A DNA stretch of 63,676 bases, counting the filler, from Licmophora abbreviata (lineage: Eukaryota): the NCBI GenBank assembly GCA_900291995.1. It is 9 parts of 9 records of this genome, joined end to end, with 100 filler letters (N's around TTAATTAATTAA, not from the genome) between each part and the next. Parts side by side here need not be neighbours in the genome. Positions count along the whole stretch, not along the records: positions 34,362 to 39,719 come from OLMU01004667.1; positions 39,820 to 51,763 come from OLMU01004669.1; 7 more parts are not named here. One strand, given 5' to 3'. Positions 37,834 through 48,289 of the stretch are shown here, piece after piece. The translations under genes and the position numbers were made by a program. Below the pieces are notes generated by a model. The model ran no database searches, had not been told where the DNA came from, and was given only the letters and a program-made list of their open reading frames with translations. Numbering within the stretch: position 1 is the first letter of the stretch; every line of letters begins with the position of its first letter.

Positions 37834-39447
37834 ATGTATCCAGCTTCAATAGCTCTAAAGGGAAAGGCTGCCATGCAGGGCACCGACACAGAGAAAAAGC
37901 TGGCGACCATGCTGTTCGACGAAGCAGTCCAAGTCCTCAGTTCGTTTGAGCTCAATCAGATCGCTTCCTTGACATACAACGACGGTCCATGCGAAGAGAT
38001 TTTCACGATGCTTGAGGAAGTTATGAGGCATCCGCTTGATCACAGTGTCTTATGTGTACAGAAGTCGCTGGTTGTCACGAAACACGTTGTCATTTACGGA
38101 AGCGAAAAGTGTGTCAATAGTGCCTGGGCTCTTGGTCGTCATGTAGACTACCTACGCGAATTCAACACGGTGCTAGCCGCACAACAACGAAATGGAGCAG
38201 AGGGTTGGTTGCAGCGCATCAAGGGGGGAGGTGTCGATAAAGGATTTCCTGTGCGCGAAGCAGCCTCGGCACTCCACGAACTACTACGGAACCCAGAGAC
38301 TCTACAAATGCAAAGACATACACACGCCGATCCAAATTCTCTCGTTCCAGTCGGAGACGACCGTGTCGCGTTTGTCAGTGACGATGTAAGGCACTACATG
38401 TTGAAAAAGAGAATCGAAGAGCAGCAGCTGATGCACACCAAGAGCAACCTTGCCAAGGAACGCAGCGGCTTCGGAAGTGGATATGTCAGTAAGGACGGGA
38501 AGACCGTTGTCGGGGCGGCTCATTCGGTAGAGGAAATGCTCGCTCGAGCGAACCGAGAAAAGCTCAAATATACAGATGATGGACCGCCGCCTGGTAGGCG
38601 CGATGAAATGAGCAATCTGTTCGATGCACCGCCGCCTGCAGCGACGGCCGCTCCTGTCTCGGACCTGTTAGATTTCGACTCACACGCTACGGCACCGGTC
38701 GCGCCGAAAGTCGATCTGCTGGACTTCTCAAGTGAGCCGGAGCCTGTTCCGAAGCGACTTTCGGACTTGCTTGGTACAGACGACTTGCTTGCAGTTGCAG
38801 GGCAGAATGATACGGCCGTGTCGGGCTCTGCCGACCTGCTGAGTCTAATGACGGTTGAGTCGGTCGCTCGATCAACGCCCAGCGCCATGAATAGTGACTT
38901 GTCAAGCTTGCCACAGCTGCCAACTGCTCCGATATCGAAAATTTCAAGCAGTGTAGGTATGACATTGAATGTTGGCTCTCTGCAGACAACATCCGTCATG
39001 AGTTCGAATTCAGATCGCTTCGCTGCGTTGGACGCACTTGCGCCGGCGGAAGTCAATACTATGGGTTCGATCTTGTCAGGAAAAGAAGCGGAGAATCGCA
39101 TTCTCGGAAATATTGGGGTCAGCAGCTCCGCAACGCATGAAAAGTGGAGCTTGGACGAGCCACCTCTCGGTGGAACAGGAAAGGGACACGTCGACACGGC
39201 ACCGCCAAGCAAGTCGATGAACTACTCGAATGGACTGCTTCATGACAGCATGCCGGTTGCTCCACCAATGGAATCTCCGGAAGTTGATTACTCCAGTATG
39301 AACATGGGTACAACGTTTGGAAATCTTGTCGACGACGCCGTCGACGCTGACGACGACGGGTTTGTCATGGGTGGATCCAAGGGAAGCGGCCTCGAACCAG
39401 TCGGTGCTGCTCCAGCGGCACCGCCCCCTCCTCCACCTCCCATGTGA
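37834..39447 (+). CDS. ENTH/epsin-like clathrin adaptor
   Basis: N-terminal helical domain (LNQIASLTYN...IFTMLEE...VQKSLVVTKHVVIYGSEKCV) followed by a disordered tail with clathrin-box-like DLLDF x2 and terminal polyproline. Confidence 0.72.
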   Translation: MYPASIALKGKAAMQGTDTEKKLATMLFDEAVQVLSSFELNQIASLTYNDGPCEEIFTMLEEVMRHPLDHSVLCVQKSLVVTKHVVIYGSEKCVNSAWALGRHVDYLREFNTVLAAQQRNGAEGWLQRIKGGGVDKGFPVREAASALHELLRNPETLQMQRHTHADPNSLVPVGDDRVAFVSDDVRHYMLKKRIEEQQLMHTKSNLAKERSGFGSGYVSKDGKTVVGAAHSVEEMLARANREKLKYTDDGPPPGRRDEMSNLFDAPPPAATAAPVSDLLDFDSHATAPVAPKVDLLDFSSEPEPVPKRLSDLLGTDDLLAVAGQNDTAVSGSADLLSLMTVESVARSTPSAMNSDLSSLPQLPTAPISKISSSVGMTLNVGSLQTTSVMSSNSDRFAALDALAPAEVNTMGSILSGKEAENRILGNIGVSSSATHEKWSLDEPPLGGTGKGHVDTAPPSKSMNYSNGLLHDSMPVAPPMESPEVDYSSMNMGTTFGNLVDDAVDADDDGFVMGGSKGSGLEPVGAAPAAPPPPPPPM

Positions 39448-39719
39448 CGCCTCAGACCAACTGCGACATGCGCGTTGATTCCAGTACTTTCTCAGAGTCT
39501 TTGATAGGATCAAAAGAAGTTTAGGGCGATCGTATTGTAGTATCACCGCATAGTAGGTTGAGGTAGAAACGCATGCGCTGCCGCTCACTAGTTCGTACAC
39601 GCACCGTTTCACCATGATCTCTTGCTGCACATCGAAGCAAGAACGAACAAGTGACATATCACAGAATGGCACAAGTTGTAGTGAGTAGTAGTTTGCTATG
39701 ATGGAATTATCGGTGAGCA

Positions 39720-39819
39720 NNNNNNNNNNNNNNNNNNNNNNNNNNNNNNNNNNNNNNNNNNNNTTAATTAATTAANNNNNNNNNNNNNNNNNNNNNNNNN
39801 NNNNNNNNNNNNNNNNNNN
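39720..39819. other. Artificial 100-nt assembly spacer (truncates SLC4)
   Basis: N-TTAATTAATTAA-N. Confidence 0.97.
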
Positions 39820-40521
39820 GAAGTCGTTGACGCAATGTACAGAATGAGGGCTGTCCAAAGCCCAGTCCAGGAGTAGAGCGGAAGAAAAGGAAGGTCTAAT
39901 CGCTGGGCGAGCTGCACCAAGGTGGCGACGAAGGCCAGCACGGGACCTGTAGAGCCAATGATCGTCAAAGGCTGAGCTGAAAACAGAGCATATAGGAGAC
40001 CGCACATTGCCGTTGAGCTAATCATTTCGATGGTCCCAATTGCACCACCAGTTGCAACAGCGAAGAGGCCGCCGAACCCCACGGCAGGAGCAAGACATGC
40101 GAAGAATAGAAACATAGTCGCTGCAAGGCACTGTTGATTGAGAAGAGGCCGTGAGTCACATGACCTGATCAGTCTATGCAAACAAGCCGAGCGCACTAGT
40201 ACAGCGGATGGCACGCACCTGAACACTGAGTCCGTCCTTGATGTCGGATTTGAAAAGTGGGAGTCGAGCGCCGTAGTCCCTCTTGATACCCACAAATGGC
40301 CCCTCAAACAATGGTTCCTTTGGATTACTTGGTGTGACGGCAACGGTGTCACTCATGTACAGAGTAGACCGCGATGGCATGAAGCTTCGTGCAGATACAG
40401 TAGCATAACGGTTCGCTGATGAGGTGCGAGAAAGGACTGACGGCGTCGCAAAAGAAAAAGTTGTTTCCAGACTTGCGATGAGCACGATAGCAGCACCGAC
40501 GACGCATGACTGAGGCTTCAT
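39820..40521 (-). CDS. SLC4: SLC4-family bicarbonate/anion transporter with plastid-type presequence, 5' part only; intron 40131-40218
   Basis: Signal peptide TFS-FAT, then GIKRDYGARLPLFKSDIKDGLSVQ|CLAATMFLFFACLAPAVGFGGL...FSAQPLTIIGSTGP. Confidence 0.9.
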
Positions 40522-40776
40522 GTTTCGTGTTGCTGGATCCTTTCCCAGAAACTTCTAAAACAGATCTCTGTCAAAGATTGGCTATCTTGAGCAGTAGTTC
40601 ATGCCCATGCGTTCTCTGTTGATGTGTGCGATGGTGTGCTGCCGCGTGTCAATAAGGACGACGCCGACGAGAAAACGAAAAAAAGCGCGGGAAAGCGCTC
40701 TGCGCTCGTGGCGCGCGAAGGGGTAAATGTACACGGCACACCTCTATCATCGACGTTACGCCTACCGGGTATGACT

Positions 40777-41541
40777 CTATAAAGTTAGCTCTGGAAATTC
40801 GTCTTGCAACAACTCGTGAACCCACATTCCGACAATGTTATAACGCGTTTCGTATTTGTCGCTGTCGGGGTTGTCATTACTACTACTAGCACTTCGATAG
40901 TGCGCATAGTGTGCATGAAGACACTTGATCGAGGCATCGAACGATCCATCTGGATGTCTCTGGGCAGTGTGATTCGTTCCAGCTATTCCAGAATATCGAA
41001 GCATGTTGTACATTCGATCAACTGATGGGTCGATCTGGCGTCGATGTTCCATGAGATCTCGATCTACACCACTGATACTGTTCCATCGCGTTCGTGCGTA
41101 GTGTTCATGACTAGCGAGGAATCGAGAAGCTTGTTCTGCATCACTGTTCAATCTGCTCTCCAGCAGTCGGACGCATCCTTTTCCTTCGAGACTAGCGACA
41201 GCCTTCGAAATTTGGGGACTTGTGAGCCAAAAAAGGGTCGGAAACGGGGTGCCGATCACCGGCACAGATGGCGAACCCAGTTCCGCTTTGGATTGTCGCC
41301 GTGGCGCCCCACCGCGAAGCGGATATGTCTGAATTGCGACTGCAGAGCGCTGACTGTCATGTGAACGAGCACTGACCGCACAAAAATTAGGTGGCAAGTA
41401 TCCCAGCTGCAGTCGAACTTCTTCCGCCTCGAGCGTGTTCCTCCATCTTTGCTGAGAATCAAGTGGCTGGAGGGAGGTAATGGCAGAGATGAGCGACAAC
41501 AAAAGCGCCAGAACGGGTTTCGACGAGCATACCAGCATCAT
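40777..41541 (-). CDS. DUF501-family protein with signal peptide
   Basis: GTPFPTLFWLTSP, VASLEGKG, GIAG and KCLHAHYAHY. Confidence 0.78.
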   Translation of the reverse strand: MMLVCSSKPVLALLLSLISAITSLQPLDSQQRWRNTLEAEEVRLQLGYLPPNFCAVSARSHDSQRSAVAIQTYPLRGGAPRRQSKAELGSPSVPVIGTPFPTLFWLTSPQISKAVASLEGKGCVRLLESRLNSDAEQASRFLASHEHYARTRWNSISGVDRDLMEHRRQIDPSVDRMYNMLRYSGIAGTNHTAQRHPDGSFDASIKCLHAHYAHYRSASSSNDNPDSDKYETRYNIVGMWVHELLQDEFPELTL

Positions 41542-41961
41542 CTTCGCCCCTGGAAGAGAATGTTAGTGGGCTAGGTGCATGGAGTCGAAAGCAGCATGAC
41601 ATGACCACACATCAGTGCCAGCACAACAAGTTCAACGCGTCGTGCGATTTTCGGTGCTGATGTTTCGCGCCAAACTTCTTTTCAGATTTTGGCCGTCCAA
41701 ATCAGAAAATGGGAAAACGCCTCAGAAATTTGCCAGATTTGATGAGGTGGCACATTCAAACATGAGAATATCACAAGCGTGTCACAGAATGTCAAAACAT
41801 ACGTAGATTCTACGGAGAATCTTGGTGTCAAGCTCGATGCAAATACGGGAACCAGAACCACACGATGATGGTGGGCGACATCATCCCCGGCGCTTCCACG
41901 AGCTCAGCAAAGCGCAGCCCGGTGAGGCAACCAACAGGGGTCAAATCCAAGGGAGAGGACG

Positions 41962-44314
41962 ATGACTGAAATGGGAGACGGGCAAAAGCCACCAGCGGTG
42001 AAGAAGGCGCGGTACATGTCGACTTGGGAGACTTCTTTGACAACTCAAGATCCAGCCGAGATGCTCGGATTGCAGCAGCTTTTCGGAGGTCGTCGCCATG
42101 GCCATGCGAGACATGCAAGTAGTGTCTCTGCGAACCAAGACCAGCCCGAGGAGCTTCGGAACGCTAACCAGAACGCTCGACATGTGCAGAGATTCTTGGA
42201 CGAGCAGCAGCGGGACGGGTTCTTCACTCTTAGACTAGAACACCGTGTGGGCGGGGCAATAGCACAACACGTTGGCGAAGAGCGGATTCTTTTGTTCCGA
42301 TCCGATCGCGCGGGAGCTATCGCCAAGATTATCTTTTCTTCTACTCCTTTCTGTGGGGGTTTGAGCGCGAGTGGATCCTCTGTCCCGGACAACGACGAAG
42401 CTGAGCTGCATCATATGGCGCAAGCTAGGATTCATGTCCTTGAGGTGAAAGCTCCGTATCGGGGCTTCGATCTTGGGGGTTTGCTGTTTTCCGAAGCAGT
42501 GCGATTACTTCGACGTCGGTACAGCGAGGATCAAGTTCAGACAGCGACCAGCACCGACCATGACGCGCAGGAGTATGCTCTTTCTCGCTCAGTGCGCTGC
42601 CAACTCGACGCCGAGGAGGATATTCGTCGTCACAACAAGCTGGTCGGATTTTACGAAAATCTGGGGTGCCATGTCAAGCCCACGGCGAAGGTTCGGTACA
42701 TCAACAACAACGATGGAGAAACGTATCGAAAAATCGCGATGCAGGTGGCTCTTCGGCCGAACACGGATAGTCAACAACAAGATGGGGAGAAGCGCCCGCG
42801 CTGTGTCTCTGCTGCTCTATCAGTGTTTGATCAACCCGGATCCTTCCTCCCGATTAGACTTTTTGAAGCGTCCGGTCGATCAGTTCAGCTACACTCTAGA
42901 ACAGAAGACCCGTCTCGCCGTGTTGACTGGCTCCTTCTGGACGACGGGGAAGGACGTGTCAGTCTCCGGACAACCCATGGTGACTACCTTCAGGCTGATC
43001 CCAACGGGCGCTGCAGAGCAATCCCCGTGTCGGGCGATGAAGATGCAATTGACGATGCAGACGAAAAGAAAGAGGAGTGGGCGAATTTTCGTTTGCACCG
43101 AGTGTCGGACGCTTTGAGAACCGACGAGTTCTCCTCTGACGAATCCGACACTGACGCCCTATCGAATGCGAGGCAAAAACAGCTCTGGATGCTGAAGTCA
43201 GCTCACGGCGGGTTTCTTGCAACTGATGCTGAAAGGCACACTCTTTACTGTTCCAGAGCTCCGGCATTTTGGCAAGCGGACGATGAATCGCTCAGTCTAA
43301 CGTGCACTACAGACACGCCACCTCGGCGACAGCACTACAGGAGGGCATGGACAAAGCAGACGGTGGCGTATGTGCAGAGCATGCGTGAGAGATTCCTGTC
43401 GTTCAACTTGAAGAAAATGTCCATTCACTACGCCCTCAACCTTGCGAGTAATGTTCCTTTCAATCGTTTCCGTATCGGACGCAGCCGATCAGGACAATTT
43501 CCCTCCCTTCGTACTCTTTGCGTAAGTGGGAAGAGCAACATATTGATTGACCTTGTACATGCTCGCCGACCAAAGACTCATGCGCTTTTCTGTGTCCATT
43601 ACGTCCTCAGTATCGAACAGCCGAGGCTTGTCGCGCAGCTGGTCACCCAGACTGGATCCAGTTCGTGGGTTTGGTGTAAGTTGATGTGTTCGTAACGGTG
43701 ACTCGGAGCCTTGCAGTTGAAATTGGTTTCCTTACAGCGCCTGTGATGGATTCTTTTTTCTGAATTTTAGGCACGGGCTAGCACAGGTGTTGAACTTCGT
43801 TGACATGGCGACGGCAGCTGAGTCGGAAGATGGCTACGATTGGACCGTCACCAGCCGATCTCGCATTGTGGGGTGTGCCTCTCCCGACCAAACGACATTT
43901 TCCGAGTTCCGCGGTCTCAACGTCAACGAAAAAGATTCTCGTTACAACACACACCAAGGAATGTACAATTCTCACTGTGGACTCGATAGCGTTCTTGTGA
44001 CATGGACGGGACCAGAATACATGTACCACATGCTTCGACACAACAAGACCACCTTTCCAGAAGAGGGGCTTGCCATGTTGAGATACTTTTCACTTCTCGA
44101 TTGGCACAGTCGAGGCGAATACTCACGACTGACGAACGCAGACGATGCGGATGTACGTGAGTTTGTTGCGGAGTTTGACCATATTCGTCGCTCGGTACGT
44201 CGAGAGCACGGCGACGGCGAAGATATGTCAGACGAAGAATGCGACAAACTTTGGAGAGAGTATTACACCGGGCTCGTTGCTAAATATGTGGGAAATGGCG
44301 ATCTGATGTGGTGA
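41962..44314 (+). CDS. Fusion protein: GNAT acetyltransferase, fascin-like beta-trefoil and degenerate myo-inositol oxygenase (MIOX); introns 43522-43610 and 43676-43770
   Basis: GNAT LEVKAPYRGFDLGGLL...FYENLG; trefoil repeats VSLRTTHGDYLQAD and MLKSAHGGFLATD; MIOX-like QTVAYV...KMSI...RTAE...DWIQFVGLVHGL...IVGC...YNTHQGMY...CGLDSVLVTW...YYTGLVAKY...LMW. Confidence 0.8.
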
Positions 44315-44372
44315 CTTTCGTTACATAACATTAGAGGTTGAAATAGATCGGAAAATAAATAGAGTATTCGTT

Positions 44373-46226
44373 CTAACCCACTTTTTCGGTGTCAAGCCTA
44401 GCTTTTTTCGTCGAGGGAGCGACAGCATCTGTTGGCTGCTCGAGCTTTTGTTCTTCTTTGTCGTCGTCGTCGCCGCCGCCGCCGCTGTCTTCCTCCAATT
44501 CGATTTCGTTGTCGTCAACGATGCCGCACGTTCCGACTGACTGTATGCCAATCGTGACCTCATCGCCGTCAAGATCGATTTCGTTCTCGTCTTCCGGAAA
44601 TGGTTCCCTGCTTATCTGTTCGACAACAGACGAGCGGACGCCGTCGTAAGTCGCCGCGTACGGCATCGTTATGATGTGCCGCAACTCAAGGAGTGACATG
44701 AATTCGTCAGTCAGAGGATTCCCCATCATGGCCAGTGGCCCTGGATTTCCTCTCCAGCACTGGTCGTGATGTGGTGGGACAGTCATACGGAAATTGTTCG
44801 GTATGACGAGCGGGTCGTCGGGGTCCCGTCCCTCCACATCTTGATCTGCAAGTCTCCTCACGATGGCGGCTATTTCGTCCTCGCTCACACACATAGCGCT
44901 GGGTGGCACGCGGACCTTTCGTTTCATCGACTCTGTCAGGCTGTGAGTCTTCTTCAATATCGCCAACCATTCTGGGTCATAGCGGAGCAACGCTGGTCCG
45001 TTAGGTGTTTCGCACGGAACATGTACAATCGAAAGGTGCTGCCTACGAGGTAGGCACTTATCAAGCGCAAGGAACTGTGTCATTTGCTGCGTCAGGTCAG
45101 GACCAGCACAGCGGTTCGACGACTCGAGGGAAATGAACTCGGTGGAAGGCGGCGCAACTTCCGTTTCCTCGTGGTCTTCAGAGTACGTCCGACTCGATGC
45201 CACTTGTGATGGGATCAAGCCCTTGGCGCTTCCTTCTACGCCCATCCCGACACGGTCAAGCGTCGCATGTGTCACGACCGCCTTAAACTTTACATGTAGA
45301 TGAGCAGAAAACCACCACTGTGGTCGAAGCGCCTCCAGAAGCTCGCGATTAGGTGGACTTCCTAGCTCGTTCCGTCGCACCTCATCTCTGAAGAATGGCT
45401 TTTGCCGCAGAAGCTTTTCGGTGTCACCACTCTGTTCAATGCCCTGTGGCCAGTCATGACTAAGCATTATGCCAAGTCTGGCTCTTTCTGAAGACAGACA
45501 CTTCATTCGATACACGTCTACGTTTCTTACATGATACACACTGCGCATCGACGACCGATCGTAGGGTGGTCGCTCGAATCTTCCCTGCGAATAGTCGTGC
45601 GACTTGTAGATCCCGCTGATTCCACCTATTCGTACTCCACGTACATTGATAACGCCCGCTGCTCCAAGGTAGTATATATTAGGTGCTACCCAGCCACCGT
45701 AGTACAACTCATGGAGCGGCTGCGAAGCCTCGTGGTTTCCACCAATGAAGACCGTGAGCACCGGCGCCTGAAGCTCCCCAGAGTAGTATTGACAAAAAGT
45801 TCCAAGTCGGCGATACTTTGGAGGTACCGCCAAACTGTGGTAGTCTGCTACGTTTCGAAGCGACTGAAAATCTCCGCAACACAATAGCAAGTCGACCTTC
45901 TGGCCTGTCCGCTCTTCGTGAGCTTGAAGTTGCTTGTAGACGGAATCTAGTTCCCCGTGACAACACCCTTGGACTGCTACACACAGGGAGCTGTCGGATG
46001 GAGTGCCCAGTATTTCTGGCGTGACACTTGCGCGTGAACCTCGCTGTAAATTGTTGTGACCTCGTCCTTGCCCATGCCGTCCGCTTCCGTGAAATCGACC
46101 ACGTCCTCGCCCGCGACCGCCCGTTCCTCTGCCGCCACCGCGATTGCCGCGTCCCGGTCGCCGCTGCCAATTTTCGCCGCTACCACCGCTTCTCCCTGAA
46201 TGAGGCAAGGGCACAAAGTCGGACAT
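44373..46226 (-). CDS. DBR1: RNA lariat debranching enzyme
   Basis: VAVQGCCHGELD, CGDFQS, FIGGNHEAS, RSVYHVR, SHDWP, FSAHLH and FLALDKCLPRR; RGG-rich N-terminus. Confidence 0.95.
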   Translation of the reverse strand: MSDFVPLPHSGRSGGSGENWQRRPGRGNRGGGRGTGGRGRGRGRFHGSGRHGQGRGHNNLQRGSRASVTPEILGTPSDSSLCVAVQGCCHGELDSVYKQLQAHEERTGQKVDLLLCCGDFQSLRNVADYHSLAVPPKYRRLGTFCQYYSGELQAPVLTVFIGGNHEASQPLHELYYGGWVAPNIYYLGAAGVINVRGVRIGGISGIYKSHDYSQGRFERPPYDRSSMRSVYHVRNVDVYRMKCLSSERARLGIMLSHDWPQGIEQSGDTEKLLRQKPFFRDEVRRNELGSPPNRELLEALRPQWWFSAHLHVKFKAVVTHATLDRVGMGVEGSAKGLIPSQVASSRTYSEDHEETEVAPPSTEFISLESSNRCAGPDLTQQMTQFLALDKCLPRRQHLSIVHVPCETPNGPALLRYDPEWLAILKKTHSLTESMKRKVRVPPSAMCVSEDEIAAIVRRLADQDVEGRDPDDPLVIPNNFRMTVPPHHDQCWRGNPGPLAMMGNPLTDEFMSLLELRHIITMPYAATYDGVRSSVVEQISREPFPEDENEIDLDGDEVTIGIQSVGTCGIVDDNEIELEEDSGGGGDDDDKEEQKLEQPTDAVAPSTKKARLDTEKVG

Positions 46227-46480
46227 GGTTTATAGATAGAGAAATAATTGCAATAAAAGACTGTGGCGGGGTCGCAACTGCGCTACATGCTTGATGAGAT
46301 TGTGACGACACGACGAGAGCGATCGCGAGAGGTTACTAAGGAGAGATTGACTTCGCGCACAGGTTGTTATTTAGCGCGAAGAATGTCAAATATAGTTAGC
46401 CCCGCTATGTTGCTCTACTTATCTACCCAGGTGCCCCTGCTGCTAAATCTATACTACGGAGTAGTTCAGTTTCCTTGCTA

Positions 46481-47911
46481 TTAGTCAAACCACTTCAGTA
46501 ATACCGTATCGCGAATGCCAACGTAGCTCAACATTATGATCGGGTCTAGCCAAGCCCTTCCAAGTCCCAGGTACGTAAGTCTTTCGAACCAGCCCGCATA
46601 CAGATTGCGAATGCCGCCGTCTCCCTCACGTGTGATTACCCTCATGGTACGAACAATACCCGCGCGTCTCGATTTTCTGTCAAACACACCATCTACTAGG
46701 ATGCGCGTCCTTGCCACATCGAACGGCGTCGTCAAGAGCGCACATGTGCATGCGGTGACAATCGAAATTACCTCGTAGCCACCGATATCTTCCGAACCGG
46801 TCGCAATCAGCATGTTGAGTCCAATTCTGAGAAGAAGGTACGGCAAATCAGTTCCAATGACAGCCGGCAGTCGTTCCACACTGTCCGCGACCCAATCTCC
46901 AACTAGCTCGCCTTCCTCCTCTTCAAAATCGTCTTCAATCCCACGTACAACTTGTAATCGTAGAGCCAGGGTGTCGGCGGGAGTCCGCGCCGCAAGCGAT
47001 ACCACATCCGCCACAAATGCACCTACGAGTGCAATCGCTATAGTCTCCGATCTTGTCGGAGACTCGATCATTTGATAAAGCAATCGCTTGGCAACGTCCC
47101 TTGTCCCGTAGTATACACCAGTTGCGGGTACCGAAATGAGGAGTGTCGGGACTAGACCAGCATAGAGATTCCCTTCTTGCAACTGTCGTCGAAGTGTGAG
47201 TGTTAGAATTTGAAGGCGCCTTTTGAGCCAATTTCGTTTTCGAGTGTGCCGAATACGGCGTCGTCGATTCGAGACGACCTGGATTCTCGTCTTGATCGTC
47301 AACAAGGGGTACAATAGCGACGTCCTTACAATGTCAACACCGGCTCCTGCTAGAGAGCTAGCGATGAGTAGCTCAACGTTGGAAATTTCTCGAACTACTC
47401 GTGGTGGGATCTGTAGCTTTTCAGGCCACCAACTGGGATAATCTCGAATGCGAATCTTGTTGAGGGTTTTCGGGTCCACCTTGACACAGGATGCGCCCGA
47501 GACTGGTTCTCGACAGAGCATGGTTACGTTGATGGAATTTTCCGCGGCCACAGCGGTCAGGTTAACGGGAGCAAGCTTTGTCTCGTCCGAGGGTCTTTTG
47601 ACGGGTGCCGTAGCTCGGTGCTTGTTTTCGTTTGTGGCAGAGGCAGAACATGAATTCGGGGTCGTCACAACGAGCGCCGCGCCGCCAAACACAGCTCCCA
47701 TTCTCAGACAGGCCCGTCGAGATAAGAACTCTCCAGACAAAGTGGCGGACGTGCGATTGCTAGCATACATCGCCAGGTGGTGGCCGTGCCGTGGTCGAGG
47801 TGACCGGTCAACGCCGGTGGCAATGGTGTGTGCATGCTGGAGAAAGCTACTCCCCACTCGGAGGGTTGCTGTCGTCACCACGAGGAATGCGAAGATTTCA
47901 CTTCTCCCCAT
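46481..47911 (-). CDS. Mitochondrial-carrier-family (SLC25) transporter with plastid-type presequence
   Basis: Three carrier signatures (PLLTIKTRIQ, PADTLALRLQ, PFDVARTRI) and EGxxxLYAG motifs; signal peptide ending GSS-FLQ. Confidence 0.82.
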   Translation of the reverse strand: MGRSEIFAFLVVTTATLRVGSSFLQHAHTIATGVDRSPRPRHGHHLAMYASNRTSATLSGEFLSRRACLRMGAVFGGAALVVTTPNSCSASATNENKHRATAPVKRPSDETKLAPVNLTAVAAENSINVTMLCREPVSGASCVKVDPKTLNKIRIRDYPSWWPEKLQIPPRVVREISNVELLIASSLAGAGVDIVRTSLLYPLLTIKTRIQVVSNRRRRIRHTRKRNWLKRRLQILTLTLRRQLQEGNLYAGLVPTLLISVPATGVYYGTRDVAKRLLYQMIESPTRSETIAIALVGAFVADVVSLAARTPADTLALRLQVVRGIEDDFEEEEGELVGDWVADSVERLPAVIGTDLPYLLLRIGLNMLIATGSEDIGGYEVISIVTACTCALLTTPFDVARTRILVDGVFDRKSRRAGIVRTMRVITREGDGGIRNLYAGWFERLTYLGLGRAWLDPIIMLSYVGIRDTVLLKWFD

Positions 47912-48289
47912 TCATTCAAAACGTGAGGTAGGTCAACACCTTCTTCTTCGATCGTCATCGCCACCTTCTGGCCATCTTTCATGTGTGTGGGCTGGATGGG
48001 TATCGATCGGCCATCACGACATCGCGGTGTTTATTCCCCAGGGATCTTAGTTGTCATATATTTCTTGTCACACATACTCGTATAGTGTTGAATATTGTAC
48101 GCTAGGCATTCCACCATGTCATCGTGACATCATCTGCCATGCTTTTCCCGCCATTCATCTTTTATCTTTTCGATGACTTCCATTTCGCTCATCCTCGCAT
48201 TCTGAACTCTGTTGGTGCATTGGTCGACGTATCGGGCGAAACTAGACACAAGGCGGGGCAAGGGAAGCTCAGGGGTAGCTGGAAACGAT

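Noticed and set aside
41962..44314. Annotation as an active myo-inositol oxygenase
   Set aside because: Four of six metal ligands and the substrate lid motif are substituted.
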